Below, piece after piece: positions 14,085-28,759 of a stretch of 64,000 nucleotides of DNA. Numbering within the stretch: the stretch's first letter is position 1; every line of letters begins with the position of its first letter. The stretch is from Eledone cirrhosa (lineage: Eukaryota), in the NCBI GenBank assembly GCA_964016885.1, contig OZ024751.1, positions 21,576,001 through 21,640,000 on the forward strand. Reading direction: 5' to 3'. The position numbers and the translations under genes are program-made. The notes under the pieces are model-generated. The model did not search any database and was not told the origin of the DNA. It worked only from the letters and a program-made list of their open reading frames with translations.

Positions 14085-14124
<40 letters not shown>

Positions 14125-14250
14125 TATACATACAGGTACACATACATATATGCACGTATCAGTTTAGCGGACGCTTATTATAACGCCGCTTTGTTCGTTT
14201 GTAAACAAACTGAACAGGCGTGCATATATGTATGTGTACCTGTATGTATA

Positions 14251-14328
<78 letters not shown>

Positions 14329-14382
14329 CATGCCACTGTACGTCTGTATACATATATGTATGTACGTATACATACATACTTA
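14033..14382. repeat. Inverted repeat of ~125-160 bp CA/TA-rich arms around a ~60-bp spacer
   Basis: CAGACGTACAGTGGCATGCA and CATACAGGTACACATACATATATGCACG reappear reverse-complemented at 14219-14382. Confidence 0.85.
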
Positions 14383-14402
14383 CATTTAAGTAAGTGCCGT
14401 AC

Positions 14403-14700
<298 letters not shown>

Positions 14701-14754
14701 ATATATATTAAAATATAAGTATTAATAAAATAGATGTTCTTTTGATCAATTACA

Positions 14755-14805
14755 TTTTATTATACATATTTCGGATGTACAACAGTACGTCCTCATCAGA
14801 CAAAA
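14755..14805 (-). ncRNA. Minimal type I hammerhead ribozyme
   Basis: Minus: ttttgt-CTGATGA-GGACGTAC/tgtt/GTACATCC-GAAA-TATGTA-TA-ataaaa; canonical core with G-C closing pair of stem II. Confidence 0.82.
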
Positions 14806-15035
14806 TATAATGATACATGACATACCCTGAGATGTTAAAGGGTTAAGATTTAATCAAGGTAGACTACCTTGATTAAATCATATTTCATTGAAATACACTC
14901 CCTCCACCACCCATGTAGGAGTTGAAACCACAAGTTTAATTTTATGATTATGGCTTTCGTGGGGTTTTTTTCTTTCAATTTTAAAAACAGTTACGGATCA
15001 CTCTTTCAAGCTCAAATTTATGTTATTTAAACATG

Positions 15036-15153
15036 TAATAATTGTTTCTACTTTAGGCACAAGACCAGCAATTACCCAGTGCATTACTGGTACTTTATTT
15101 TATCGACCCCGTAAGGATGAATGGCAAAGTCAACCTCGGCGGGATTTGAACTC
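15036..15153 (-). mobile_element. SINE fragment (main family)
   Basis: Same core as the 3085-4150 copies. Confidence 0.85.
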
Positions 15154-16945
15154 ATTAGACATATATGCTGCCGTGGCTTAACTCTAAACGTTATTGAACC
15201 TCTCGATATCATAGAATGATTTATCCAAATGAAACAATCGTATTTCATCATGCAACTCAAATATGAGGGCAACTGCTTTGCCGCAAGTCAACCAGCAACC
15301 TTGAGAATATTAGAGTTGTTCATACACACTGCCAAACTCCTCAAAAAGATCACTAAAAATATGGGGTTTTAAAGGGTGAGCTTACATAAAATTACTTTTA
15401 TTCGGAATTTTATAATATAAATATATTGTCTTCAATCCTCTCAATATATTTTTTTAACATTGCATTATTTTAATACCGACTCATACACATTTTGAACATC
15501 CAGTTTTATATATATAGATTATGAAATCTTTCAAACTATTACAAATAGATTAACCAATAGTACATGCTGGCAATGACTGGTAAATCACGTAGCAAATGAT
15601 GTTGACTTCGTGTTCCGTCTCTAAGGGTCTTATTTCTTTAACTGCTACATAAGTGCATAGATATGCTACTTAACATTCACTCTGTTACTATATTCTTAAT
15701 ACACTTATATTTGAAAGATCATGTAGAATTTTGACAAAAGAAATTTCCATCAATAGATAATATAAAGTTTATTCTGGATACTTATTCGAAAAAGTGTAAC
15801 AGACACAAATTAGTTCATAGGTGAATGTTCTGGTCGACTACTCCCAAACTAGATTTTACTATGATGTCATCAACAGCCAATCAGAGCTTAAGATAAACAG
15901 GACATGGTGCCTGGTGTATAGAGTTACTTAGTAATATTTTTTTTAATAACTTTAAAATTTAAAAAGTTTCGTTTAACTTTATCAAATTTATATGTTAAAC
16001 TGAAACATCTTCAAATTTTAAACTTAGTTAACGGAACTCTTTGACTTTCAACCATTCGAGGTCGATAAAATAAAGAACTGAGGTCAATTCTTCCTTTATC
16101 GCTTCTATTCTCTCACATTTCCTGCAAGAAATCTCCTGTTTTCAGATCTGGAGAGGAGATAGACTCCGCCAGGTTTTAAAAACACTGCCCTAGAAACGCC
16201 GTATGTCAATACAACGCCCCTGCGTCTACCCAGGAATTACTACACCATGCATGCATGCAATCATTTGTATGCTTTTCATTGTCCTCCTATTAATTGTATA
16301 ACTTTCACGTCTTCCCAGTTTTTTATATAGTTTCTTAGACCTACTCAACCCATTTTTCCTAAGCCTTTATTTTTAACGTTTCATGTGTTGTGTGTATGGA
16401 TGCACTGTGTAGACGTATTGTTACTTTCATTAAACATGTCTAAACGGTAGAGCACCGGACTATGATAATGGTGATAGGGATGATGATGGTGATGATGATT
16501 GTGATGACGGTGTGATGGTGACGGTAATAATGATGGTGGTGGTGTTGGTGGTGGTGGTGGTGTTGGTGGTAATGATGATGGTGGTGGTTTGGATGATGCT
16601 AATGATGGTGGTGGTGGTGGTGGTGGTAATGATGATGGTGGTGGTTTGGATGATGCTAATGATGGTGGTGGTGGTGGTGGTGGTGGTGGTGGTGGTGGTG
16701 GTGGTGGTATTGGTGGTAATGATGATGGTGGTGGTTTGGATGATGCTAATGATGGTGGTGGTGGTGGTGGTGGTGGTGGTGGTGGTAATGATCATGGTGA
16801 TGATCTTGATGATGATGATCATCATCATCATAATGATGATGCTGGCGATGATGATGATGATGGTAATGATGATGATGATGGGGATTGTAATGAAGTCCTC
16901 CAGTCGGAATCCCATTGACGTCAAAATACCAGAAATAACTGTCGT

Positions 16946-19900
16946 GGGTCTAATGGTGGTGATGGTGGGGGTGTAATGGTGGTGATGGTGGGGGTGTAAT
17001 GGTGGTGATGGTGGGGGTGTAATGGTGGTGATGGTGGGGGTGTAATGGTGGTGATGGTGGGGGTGTAATGGTGGTGATGGTGGGGGTGTAATGGTGGTGA
17101 TGGTGGGGGTGTAATGGTGGTGATGGTGGGGGTGTAATGGTGGTGATGGTGGGGGTGTAATGGTGGTGATGGTGGGGGTGTAATGGTGGTGATGGTGGGG
17201 GTGTAATTGTGGTGATGGTGGGGGTGTAATGGTGGTGATGGTGGGGGTGTAATGGTGGTGATGGTGGGGGTGTAATGGTGGTGATGGTGGGGGTGTAATG
17301 GTGGTGATGGTGGGGGTGTAATGGTGGTGATGGTGGGGGTGTAATGGTGGTGATGGTGGGGGTGTAATGGTGGTGATGGTGGGGGTGTAATGGTGGTGAT
17401 GGTGGGGGTGTAATGGTGGTGATGGTGGGGGTGTAATGGTGGTGATGGTGGGGGTGTAATGGTGGTGATGGTGGGGGTGTAATGGTGGTGATGGTGGGGG
17501 TGTAATGGTGGTGATGGTGGGGGTGTAATGGTGGTGATGGTGGGGGTGTAATGGTGGTGATGGTGGGGGTGTAATTGTGGTGATGGTGGGGGTGTAATGG
17601 TGGTGATGGTGGGGGTGTAATGGTGGTGATGGTGGGGGTGTAATGGTGGTGATGGTGGGGGTGTAATGGTGGTGATGGTGGGGGTGTAATGGTGGTGATG
17701 GTGGGGGTGTAATGGTGGTGATGGTGGGGGTGTAATTGTGGTGATGGTGGGGGTGTAATGGTGGTGATGGTGGGGGTGTAATGGTGGTGATGGTGGGGGT
17801 GTAATGGTGGTGATGGTGGGGGTGTAATGGTGGTGATGGTGGGGGTGTAATGGTGGTGATGGTGGGGGTGTAATGGTGGTGATGGTGGGGGTGTAATTGT
17901 GGTGATGGTGGGGGTGTAATGGTGGTGATGGTGGGGGTGTAATGGTGGTGATGGTGGGGGTCTAATGGTGGTGATGGTGGGGGTCTAATGGTGGTGATGG
18001 TGGGGGTGTAATGGTGGTGATGGTGGGGGTGTAATGGTGGTGATGGTGGGGGTGTAATGGTGGTGATGGTGGGGGTGTAATGGTGGTGATGGTGGGGGTC
18101 TAATGGTGGTGATGGTGGGGGTCTAATGGTGGTCATGGTGGGGGTGTAATGGTGGTGATGGTGGGGGTGTAATGGTGGTGATGGTGGGGGTCTAATGGTG
18201 GTGATGGTGGGGGTCTAATGGTGGTCATGGTGGGGGTGTAATGGTGGTGATGGTGGGGGTGTAATGGTGGTGATGGTGGGGGTCTAATGGTGGTGATGGT
18301 GGGGGTCTAATGGTGGTGATGGTGGGGGTGTAATGGTGGTGATGGTGGGGGTGTAATGGTGGTGATGGTGGGGGTGTAATGGTGGTGATGGTGGGGGTCT
18401 AATGGTGGTGATGGTGGGGGTCTAATGGTGGTCATGGTGGGGGTGTAATGGTGGTGATGGTGGGGGTGTAATGGTGGTGATGGTGGGGGTCTAATGGTGG
18501 TGATGGTGGGGGTCTAATGGTGGTCATGGTGGGGGTGTAATGGTGGTGATGGTGGGGGTGTAATGGTGGTGATGGTGGGGGTCTAATGGTGGTGATGGTG
18601 GGGGTCTAATGGTGGTCATGGTGGGGGTGTAATGGTGGTGATGGTGGGGGTGTAATGGTGGTGATGGTGGGGGTCTAATGGTGGTGATGGTGGGGGTGTA
18701 ATGGTGGTGATGGTGGGGGTGTAATGGTGGTGATGGTGGGGGTGTAATGGTGGTGATGGTGGGGGTGTAATGGTGGTGATGGTGGGGGTGTAATGGTGGT
18801 GATGGTGGGGGTGTAATGGTGGTGATGGTGGGGGTCTAATGGTGGTGATGGTGGGGGTGTAATGGTGGTGATGGTGGGGGTCTAATGGTGGTGATGGTGG
18901 GGGTGTAATGGTGGTGATGGTGGGGGTGTAATGGTGGTGATGGTGGGGGTGTAATGGTGGTGATGGTGGGGGTCTAATGGTGGTGATGGTGGGGGTGTAA
19001 TGGTGGTGATGGTGGGGGTGTAATGGTGGTGATGGTGGGGGTGTAATGGTGGTGATGGTGGGGGTGTAATGGTGGTGATGGTGGGGGTCTAATGGTGGTG
19101 ATGGTGGGGGTGTAATGGTGGTGATGGTGGGGGTGTAATGGTGGTGATGGTGGGGGTGTAATGGTGGTGATGGTGGGGGTGTAATGGTGGTGATGGTGGG
19201 GGTGTAATGGTGGTGATGGTGGGGGTGTAATGGTGGTGATGGTGGGGGTGTAATGGTGGTGATGGTGGGGGTCTAATGGTGGTGATGGTGGGGGTGTAAT
19301 GGTGGTGATGGTGGGGGTCTAATGGTGGTGATGTTGGGGGTGTAATGGTGGTGATGGTGGGGCTGTAATGGTGGTGATGGTGGGGGTGTAATGGTGGTGA
19401 TGGTGGGGGTGTAATGGTGGTGATGGTGGGGGTGTAATGGTGGTGATGGTGGGGGTCTAATGGTGGTGATGGTGGGGGTGTAATGGTGGTGATGGTGGGG
19501 GTCTAATGGTGGTGATGGTGGGGGTGTAATGGTGGTGATGGTGGGGGTGTAATGGTGGTGATGGTGGGGGTGTAATGGTGGTGATGGTGGGGGTCTAATG
19601 GTGGTGATGGTGGGGGTGTAATGGTGGTGATGGTGGGGGTCTAATGGTGGTGATGGTGGGGGTGTAATGGTGGTGATGGTGGGGGTCTAATGGTGGTGAT
19701 GGTGGGGGTGTAATGGTGGTGATGGTGGGGGTGTAATGGTGGTGACGGTGGGGGTGTAATGGTGGTGACGGTGGGGGTGTAATGGTGGTGATGGTGGGGG
19801 TGTAATGGTGGTGATGGTGGGGGTGTAATGGTGGTGATGGTGGGGGTCTAATGGTGGTGATGGTGGGGGTGTAATGGTGGTGATGGTGGGGGTGTAATGG

Positions 19901-22900
19901 TGGTGATGGTGGGGGTCTAATGGTGGTGATGGTGGGGGTGTAATGGTGGTGACGGTGGGGGTATAATGGTGGTGATGGTGGGGGTGTAATGGTGGTGATG
20001 GTGGGGGTCTAATGGTGGTGATGGTGGGGGTGTAATGGTGGTGACGGTGGGGGTGTAATGGTGGTGACGGTGGGGGTGTAATGGTGGTGATGGTGGGGGT
20101 CTAATGGTGGTGATGGTGGGGGTGTAATGGTGGTGACGGTGGGGGTGTAATGGTGGTGATGGTGGGCGTGTAATGGTGGTGATGGTGGGGGTCTAATGGT
20201 GGTGATGGTGGGGGTGTAATGGTGGTGACGGTGGGGGTATAATGGTGGTGATGGTGGGGGTGTAATGGTGGTGATGGTGGGGGTGTAATGGTGGTGATGG
20301 TGGGGGTGTAATGGTGGTGATGGTGGGGGTGTAATGGTGGTGATGGTGGGGGTCTAATGGTGGTGATGGTGGGGGTGTAATGGTGGTGACGGTGGGGGTA
20401 TAATGGTGGTGATGGTGGGGGTGTAATGGTGGTGATGGTGGGGGTCTAATGGTGGTGATGGTGGGGGTGTAATGGTGGTGATGGTGGGGGTGTAATGGTG
20501 GTGATGGTGGGGGTGTAATGGTGGTGATGGTGGGGGTGTAATGGTGGTGACGGTGGGGGTATAATGGTGGTGATGGTGGGGGTGTAATGGTGGTGATGGT
20601 GGGGGTGTAATGGTGGTGATGGTGGGGGTGTAATGGTGGTGATGGTGGGGGTGTAATGGTGGTGATGGTGGGGGTGTAATGGTGGTGCTGGTGGGGGTGT
20701 AATGGTGGTGATGGTGGGGGTGTAATGGTGGTGCTGGTGGGGGTGTAATGGTGGTGCTGGTGGGGGTGTAATGGTGGTGATGGTGGGGGTGTAATGGTGG
20801 CGATGGTGGGGGTGTAATGGTGGTGATGGTGGGGGTCTAATGGTGGTGATGGTGGGGGTGTAATGGTGGTGATGGTGGGGGTGTAATGGTGGTGATGGTG
20901 GGGGTGTAATGGTGGTGATGGTGGGTGTGTAATGGTGGTGATGGTGGGGGTCTAATGGTGGTGATGGTGGGGGTGTAATGGTGGTGATGGTGGGGGTGTA
21001 ATGGTGGTGATGGTGGGGGTCTAATGGTGGTGATGGTGGGGGTGTAATAGTGGTGATGGTGGGGGTGTAATGGTGGTGATGGTGGGTGTCTAATGGTGGT
21101 GATGGTGGGGGTGTAATGGTGGTGATGGTGGGGGTCTAATGGTGGTGATGGTGGGGGTCTAATGGTGGTGATGGTGGGGGTCTAATGGTGGTGATGGTGG
21201 GGGTGTAATGGTGGTGATGGTGGGGGTGTAATGGTGGTGATGGTGGGGGTCTAATGGTGGTGATGGTGGGGGTGTAATGGTGGTGATGGTGGGGGTGTAA
21301 TGGTGGTGATGGTGGGGGTCTAATGGTGGTGATGGTGGGGGTCTAATGGTGGTGATGGTGGGGGTGTAATGGTGGTGACGGTGGGGGTGTAATGGTGGTG
21401 ACGGTGGGGGTGTAATGGTGGTGATGGTGGGGGTCTAATGGTGGTGATGGTGGGGGTGTAATGGTGGTGACGGTGGGGGTGTAATGGTGGTGATGGTGGG
21501 CGTGTAATGGTGGTGATGGTGGGGGTCTAATGGTGGTGATGGTGGGGGTGTAATGGTGGTGACGGTGGGGGTATAATGGTGGTGATGGTGGGGGTGTAAT
21601 GGTGGTGATGGTGGGGGTGTAATGGTGGTGATGGTGGGGGTGTAATGGTGGTGATGGTGGGGGTGTAATGGTGGTGATGGTGGGGGTCTAATGGTGGTGA
21701 TGGTGGGGGTGTAATGGTGGTGACGGTGGGGGTATAATGGTGGTGATGGTGGGGGTGTAATGGTGGTGATGGTGGGGGTCTAATGGTGGTGATGGTGGGG
21801 GTGTAATGGTGGTGATGGTGGGGGTGTAATGGTGGTGATGGTGGGGGTGTAATGGTGGTGATGGTGGGGGTGTAATGGTGGTGACGGTGGGGGTATAATG
21901 GTGGTGATGGTGGGGGTGTAATGGTGGTGATGGTGGGGGTGTAATGGTGGTGATGGTGGGGGTGTAATGGTGGTGATGGTGGGGGTGTAATGGTGGTGAT
22001 GGTGGGGGTGTAATGGTGGTGCTGGTGGGGGTGTAATGGTGGTGATGGTGGGGGTGTAATGGTGGTGCTGGTGGGGGTGTAATGGTGGTGCTGGTGGGGG
22101 TGTAATGGTGGTGATGGTGGGGGTGTAATGGTGGCGATGGTGGGGGTGTAATGGTGGTGATGGTGGGGGTCTAATGGTGGTGATGGTGGGGGTGTAATGG
22201 TGGTGATGGTGGGGGTGTAATGGTGGTGATGGTGGGGGTGTAATGGTGGTGATGGTGGGTGTGTAATGGTGGTGATGGTGGGGGTCTAATGGTGGTGATG
22301 GTGGGGGTGTAATGGTGGTGATGGTGGGGGTGTAATGGTGGTGATGGTGGGGGTCTAATGGTGGTGATGGTGGGGGTGTAATAGTGGTGATGGTGGGGGT
22401 GTAATGGTGGTGATGGTGGGTGTCTAATGGTGGTGATGGTGGGGGTGTAATGGTGGTGATGGTGGGGGTCTAATGGTGGTGATGGTGGGGGTCTAATGGT
22501 GGTGATGGTGGGGGTCTAATGGTGGTGATGGTGGGGGTGTAATGGTGGTGATGGTGGGGGTGTAATGGTGGTGATGGTGGGGGTCTAATGGTGGTGATGG
22601 TGGGGGTGTAATGGTGGTGATGGTGGGGGTGTAATGGTGGTGATGGTGGGGGTCTAATGGTGGTGATGGTGGGGGTCTAATGGTGGTGATGGTGGGGGTC
22701 TAATGGTGGTGATGGTGGGGGTGTAATGGTGGTGATGGTGGGGGTGTAATGGTGGTGATGGTGGGGGTCTAATGGTGGTGATGGTGGGGGTCTAATGGTG
22801 GTGATGGTGGGGGTGTAATGGTGGTGATGGTGGGGGTGTAATGGTGGTGATGGTGGGGGTGTAATGGTGGTGATGGTGGGGGTGTAATGGTGGTGATGGT

Positions 22901-25400
22901 GGGGGTGTAATGGTGGTGATGGTGGGGGTCTAATGGTGGTGATGGTGGGGGTGTAATGGTGGTGATGGTGGGGGTGTAATGGTGGTGATGGTGGGGGTCT
23001 AATGGTGGTGATGGTGGGGGTGTAATAGTGGTGATGGTGGGGGTGTAATGGTGGTGATGGTGGGGGTCTAATGGTGGTGATGGTGGGGGTGTAATGGTGG
23101 TGATGGTGGGGGTCTAATGGTGGTGATGGTGGGGTTCTAATGGTGGTGATGGTGGGGGTCTAATGGTGGTGATGGTGGGGGTGTAATGGTGGTGATGGTG
23201 GGGGTGTAATGGTGGTGATGGTGGGGGTCTAATGCTGGTGATGGTGGGGGTGTAATGGTGGTGATGGTGGGGGTGTAATGGTGGTGATGGTGGGGGTCTA
23301 ATGGTGGTGATGGTGGGGGTCTAATGGTGGTGATGGTGGGGGTCTAATGGTGGTGATGGTGGGGGTGTAATGGTGGTGATGGTGGGGGTGTAATGGTGGT
23401 GATGGTGGGGGTCTAATGGTGGTGATGGTGGGGGTGTAATGGTGGTGATGGTGGGGGTGTAATGGTGGTGACGGTGGGGGTCTAATGGTGGTGATGGTGG
23501 GGGTGTAATGGTGGTGATGGTGGGGGTCTAATGGTGGTGATGGTGGGGGTCTAATGGTGGTGATGGTGGGGGTCTAATGGTGGTGATGGTGGGGGTGTAA
23601 TGGTGGTGATGGTGGGGGTGTAATGGTGGTGATGGTGGGGGTCTAATGGTGGTGATGGTGGGGGTGTAATGGTGGTGATGGTGGGGGTGTAATGGTGGTG
23701 ATGGTGGGGGTCTAATGGTGGTGATGGTGGGGGTGTAATGGTGGTGATGGTGGGGGTGTAATGGTGGTGATGGTGGGGGTGTAATGGTGGTGCTGGTGGG
23801 GGTGTAATGGTGGTGCTGGTGGGGGTGTAATGGTGGTGATGGTGGGGGTGTAATGGTGGTGATGGTGGGGGTCTAATGGTGGTGATGGTGGGGGTCTAAT
23901 GGTGGTGATGGTGGGGGTGTAATGGTGGTGATGGTGGGGGTGTAATGGTGGTGATGGTGGGGGTGTAATGGTGGCGATGGTGGGGGTGTAATGGTGGCAA
24001 TGGTGGGGGTGTAATGGTGGTGATGGTGGGGGTCTAATGGTGGTGATGGTGGGGGTCTAATGGTGGTGATGGTGGGGGTGTAATGGTGGTGATGGTGGGG
24101 GTGTAATGGTGGTGATGGTGGGGGTGTAATGGTGGTGATGGTGGGGGTGTAATGGTGGTGATGGTGGGGGTCTAATAGTGGAGATGGTGGGGGTGTAATG
24201 GTGGTGATGGTGGGGGTGTAATGGTGGTGATGGTGGGGGTCTAATAGTGGTGTTGGTGGGGGTGTAATAGTGGTGATGGTGGGGGTGTAATAGTGATGAT
24301 GGTGGGGGTGTAATGGTGGTGATGGTGGGGGTCTAATAGTGGTGATGGTGGGGGTGTAATGGTGGTGATGGTGGGGGTGTAATAGTGGTGATGGTGGGGG
24401 TGTAATGGTGGTGATGGTGGGGGTGTAATGGTGGTGATCGTGGGGGTGTAATGGTGGTGATGGTGGGGGTGTAATGGTGGTGATGGTGGGGGTGTAATAG
24501 TGGTGATGGTGGGGGTGTAATGGTGGTGATGATGGGGGTGTAATGGTGGTGATGGTGGGGGTGTAATGGTGGTGATGATGGGGGTGTAATGGTGGTGATG
24601 GTGGGAGTCTAATGGTGGTGATGGTGGGGGTGTAATAGTGGTGATGGTGGGGGTGTAATTGTGGTGATGGTGGGGGTGTAATAGTGGTGATGGTGGGGGT
24701 GTAATAGTGGTGATGGTGGGGGTGTAATGGTGGTGATGGTGGGGGTGTAATGGTGGTGATGGTGGGGGTCTAATAGTGGTGATGGTGGGGGTGTAATGGT
24801 GGTGACGGTGGGGGTGTAATAGTGGTGATGGTGGGGGTGTAATGGTGGTGATGGTGGGGGTGTAATGGTGGTGATGGTGGGGGTCTAATAGTGGAGATGG
24901 TGGGGGTGTAATAGTGGTGATGGTGGGGGTGTAATAGTGATGATGGTGGGGGTGTAATGGTGGTGATGGTGGGGGTCTAATAGTGGTGATGGTGGGGGTG
25001 TAATGGTGGTGATGGTAGGGGTGTAATGGTGGTGATGGTGGGGGTCTAATGGTGGTGATGGTGGGGGTGTAATGGTGGTGATGGTGGGGGTCTAATAGTG
25101 GTGATGGTGGGGGTGTAATGGTGGTGATGGTGGGGGTGTAATGGTGGTGATGGTGGGGGTCTAATGGTGATGATGGTGGGGGTCTAATAGTGGTGATGGT
25201 GGGGGTCTAATAGTGGTGATGGTGTGGGTCTAATAGTGGTGATGGTGGGGGTGTAATAGTGGTGATGGTGGGGGTGTAATAGTGGTGATGGTGGGAGTGT
25301 AATAGTGGTGATGGTGGGGGTCTAATGGTGGTGATGGTGGGGGTGTAATGGTGGTGATGGTGGGGCTGTAATGGTGGTGATGGTGGGGGTGTAATGGTGG
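16946..25400. repeat. 23-bp G-rich satellite (TAATGGTGGTGATGGTGGGGGTG/C), ~365 units
   Basis: Direct reading, period 23. Confidence 0.98.
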
Positions 25401-25479
25401 TTGGGAGGGGACTGGTTACAGTTGTCTATGGTGATGGTGACTTAAGACTGATGGGTTAGGATGTATATGTATATATATT

Positions 25480-25510
<31 letters not shown>

Positions 25511-25543
25511 ATATACATTGTATATATACATACATATATATTA

Positions 25544-25635
<92 letters not shown>

Positions 25636-25810
25636 GTGTATATATACATTATATATATATATACATATATTTATATATATATATAAATATATATACATAC
25701 ATACATATATATTATATATATTATATATATATTATATATATATATATATATATACACGTGAATATATGTGTGTGTATATATAGACATATATATATTTATA
25801 AATATGTGCG

Positions 25811-25885
<75 letters not shown>

Positions 25886-26004
25886 TTATATATAAATATG
25901 TATATATATACATATATATATACATATGTGTATATATACATTATATATATATACATATATTTATATATATATATATAAATATATATATACATACATATTT
26001 ATTA

Positions 26005-26058
<54 letters not shown>

Positions 26059-26159
26059 GTGAATATATGTATATATATAGACATATATATATTTATAAAT
26101 ATCTGCGTATGTGTATATATATATATATATTTATATATAAATATATATATATATATTTC

Positions 26160-26222
<63 letters not shown>

Positions 26223-26433
26223 ATATATGTGCTCCTAGTGTGAGAGGAGATTAAGTGTTAGTGTACATCTTGACGGTGATATTAGCCTAATTATTGACAT
26301 GTTATTCATAAATTGTTTGTTTGTCTGATGTGTTTAAACAATGGTAGCAAGTTTATAAGGATTAACAGCTTCACCTTCAGCTTTAGGAACAGCAACAATA
26401 ATATCATCATCATCATCATCATCATCATCGTCG

Positions 26434-26491
<58 letters not shown>

Positions 26492-26532
26492 TATTACTAT
26501 CAACAGCATCGGCAGCAGCATATGCAAAAACA

Positions 26533-26606
<74 letters not shown>

Positions 26607-26968
26607 AAAAAGCCAAAAAAAAAACTGTAAAAACAAATATTACAACAACAAAACGATAAATGATAAATATTTTTGGTTGAATTAAATGAAAAATTCGAAA
26701 AATTCGCTTACGGTTATATTCACACATACACACACATATACACATACACACACATATATACACATATACACATACACACACACACATACACACAGACGTA
26801 CACACATATATATATAATAATGCTTTCGGCAGTATAGACGAGACACGTCGGAATAACTGAGGATCTTCTTTTATTTGATATATATATATATACATACATA
26901 CATACATATATGTGTGTGTCTGTGTCTATCTGTGCATATATATATGTGTACGTACGCACATACACACT

Positions 26969-27024
<56 letters not shown>

Positions 27025-27122
27025 GTCTTCACATTTATTATTATTACAATTATTACTATATATATATGATGATTTCTAATGAATGAAACAGTTCTAGTCC
27101 TGTAGAATCTCATCTATATTAA

Positions 27123-27183
<61 letters not shown>

Positions 27184-27187
<4 letters not shown>

Positions 27188-27350
27188 AAAAAGTATGACC
27201 CCAACATATTAGTCCAGAAATAGCCGTCGAAACGGCTTGAGCTCTGCCGTCGGGGTCATACTTTTTCCTATTTCCCACTCTACTACCCTAAGTATTGAGT
27301 ACTCTGGTGCGTTATGGTCCATCTGGTTCCTAACCACAATTCCTTTGTTA
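27184..27350 (+). mobile_element. Fold-back element family C, copy 3
   Basis: (TA)n on both sides; 27184-27202 is the reverse complement of 27252-27270; GAAA-CGGC...GCCG-TC at 27229-27251. Confidence 0.8.
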
Positions 27351-27354
27351 TATT

Positions 27355-27403
<49 letters not shown>

Positions 27404-27409
<6 letters not shown>

Positions 27410-27692
27410 GTAGTTAAGCAAATGAAGACCACAAATTCACATAGAAGGCATTAGTCACAGAGTATCAACACTAATGTCTTCTATGTGAATTTGTGGTCTT
27501 GATTTGCTTAACTACTAAATATTTCCAGCTCAGTACACCTAACCTCAGCATGAATCTAGTTTTCCAACTGCTTTTCACTGCGTATTGCACATTGAGCACC
27601 CGCTTTTAAGCTTTGGCTTCTAACACCGTCACCAATCTCTCCTATCCTATCTCTATCTCTCTATTTAACATTGGTTTACTCTTGAACTGTCT
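27404..27692 (+). mobile_element. (TA)n-flanked element with ~48-bp inverted arms
   Basis: AGTAGTTAAGCAAAT.AAGACCACAAATTCACATAGAAG.CATTAG is mirrored at 27470-27521. Confidence 0.65.
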
Positions 27693-28168
27693 ATATATAT
27701 AACTGGAATAACTAAAATATGTGGGTTTTATACAAGTACTTGTTTTACGAACCCGTAACATAAACTAAAACAAATCTAAAGAGTAAGCAAAATCTGGTGA
27801 CAGAAATATAATTGAAATATATATTTCCAATCCTATCAAATCCAGGGCCGTCTCACTCCAGTTAAAGGAACCCTTCCTTGATTGACCTCCACCGCTTTTG
27901 GTTTTTAGTCATGTCTTCGAGGGTGTAGCCGTACTCACCACACTTGGCCAATTGCGGATTGGTGAGGCTATTTAACTCATAGTTGCTGGTGGACGGCCGT
28001 TGACTCTGAGCGGTTCATCCACCCTCTTGTTTTGTTTTGTTTTTGTGCTGTTGGGGTTCCACTTACCCTCCTCACTAGTCATGTAACTATACTTTCAACA
28101 AAAATAGTTTGTCGACGAAACATATAAGATGTTCACGTCTTCTATACCTCATTATCTCGTAGTAAGTA

Positions 28169-28218
28169 AGCTTTACTGATGACGGATTAAAATCCTGAAA
28201 TACAATGTATACAACGCT
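28169..28218 (+). ncRNA. Type I hammerhead ribozyme (degenerate stem I)
   Basis: agcttta-CTGATGA-cGGAT/taaa/ATCCt-GAAA-TACAaTGTA-TA-caacgct; stem I pairs 5 of 7. Confidence 0.5.
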
Positions 28219-28759
28219 CTTACCCGAATGTTGAAATAGCTGTGATATGATCACAACATTAACGTCAACAACAACAGGAAAAAATACAAACATTGGCCAC
28301 AACAATAGCCTCAACCACAATAACCAATATGAAAACCGATATAACAAGCACAACACCCAAATCGTTACACCATTGCTCTGAGTTAAAGATAAACGTCAAC
28401 AATTCCCCGAATATTAGTTACAAGTAGATCATCAAACAATATGAATCTTCCTCGTTCCCACGATCACTCAATAAAAGAAGAGGATTTTAACAGACTTCAT
28501 ACGTCATAGCTGCACCTGTTTCACAAAAAGAGACCACACTTCTGCAAGAGCCATAACAGTAGCTTCTGTGTGCTCTTGTAACCTACAAGAAATAGTAGCT
28601 AAAATTCTTACCCAAACTACACCTACCGCATTTAAACATATACACATTAACTCTTTTGATGCCAAAATCCCCTGAAACCACCGCTGATTCTACGATTTAA
28701 AAAAAAACCTGTTAATTTAGAAGCTTTATACATTTATTTAAAAACCTTCATCAGCTTAA

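Noticed and set aside
16460-18136. 558-aa extensin-like ORF
   Set aside because: Read-through of the 23-bp satellite, which is not a multiple of 3 and cycles through all frames
16946-25400. Telomeric repeat
   Set aside because: The unit is a 23-mer without TTAGGG and the array is interstitial
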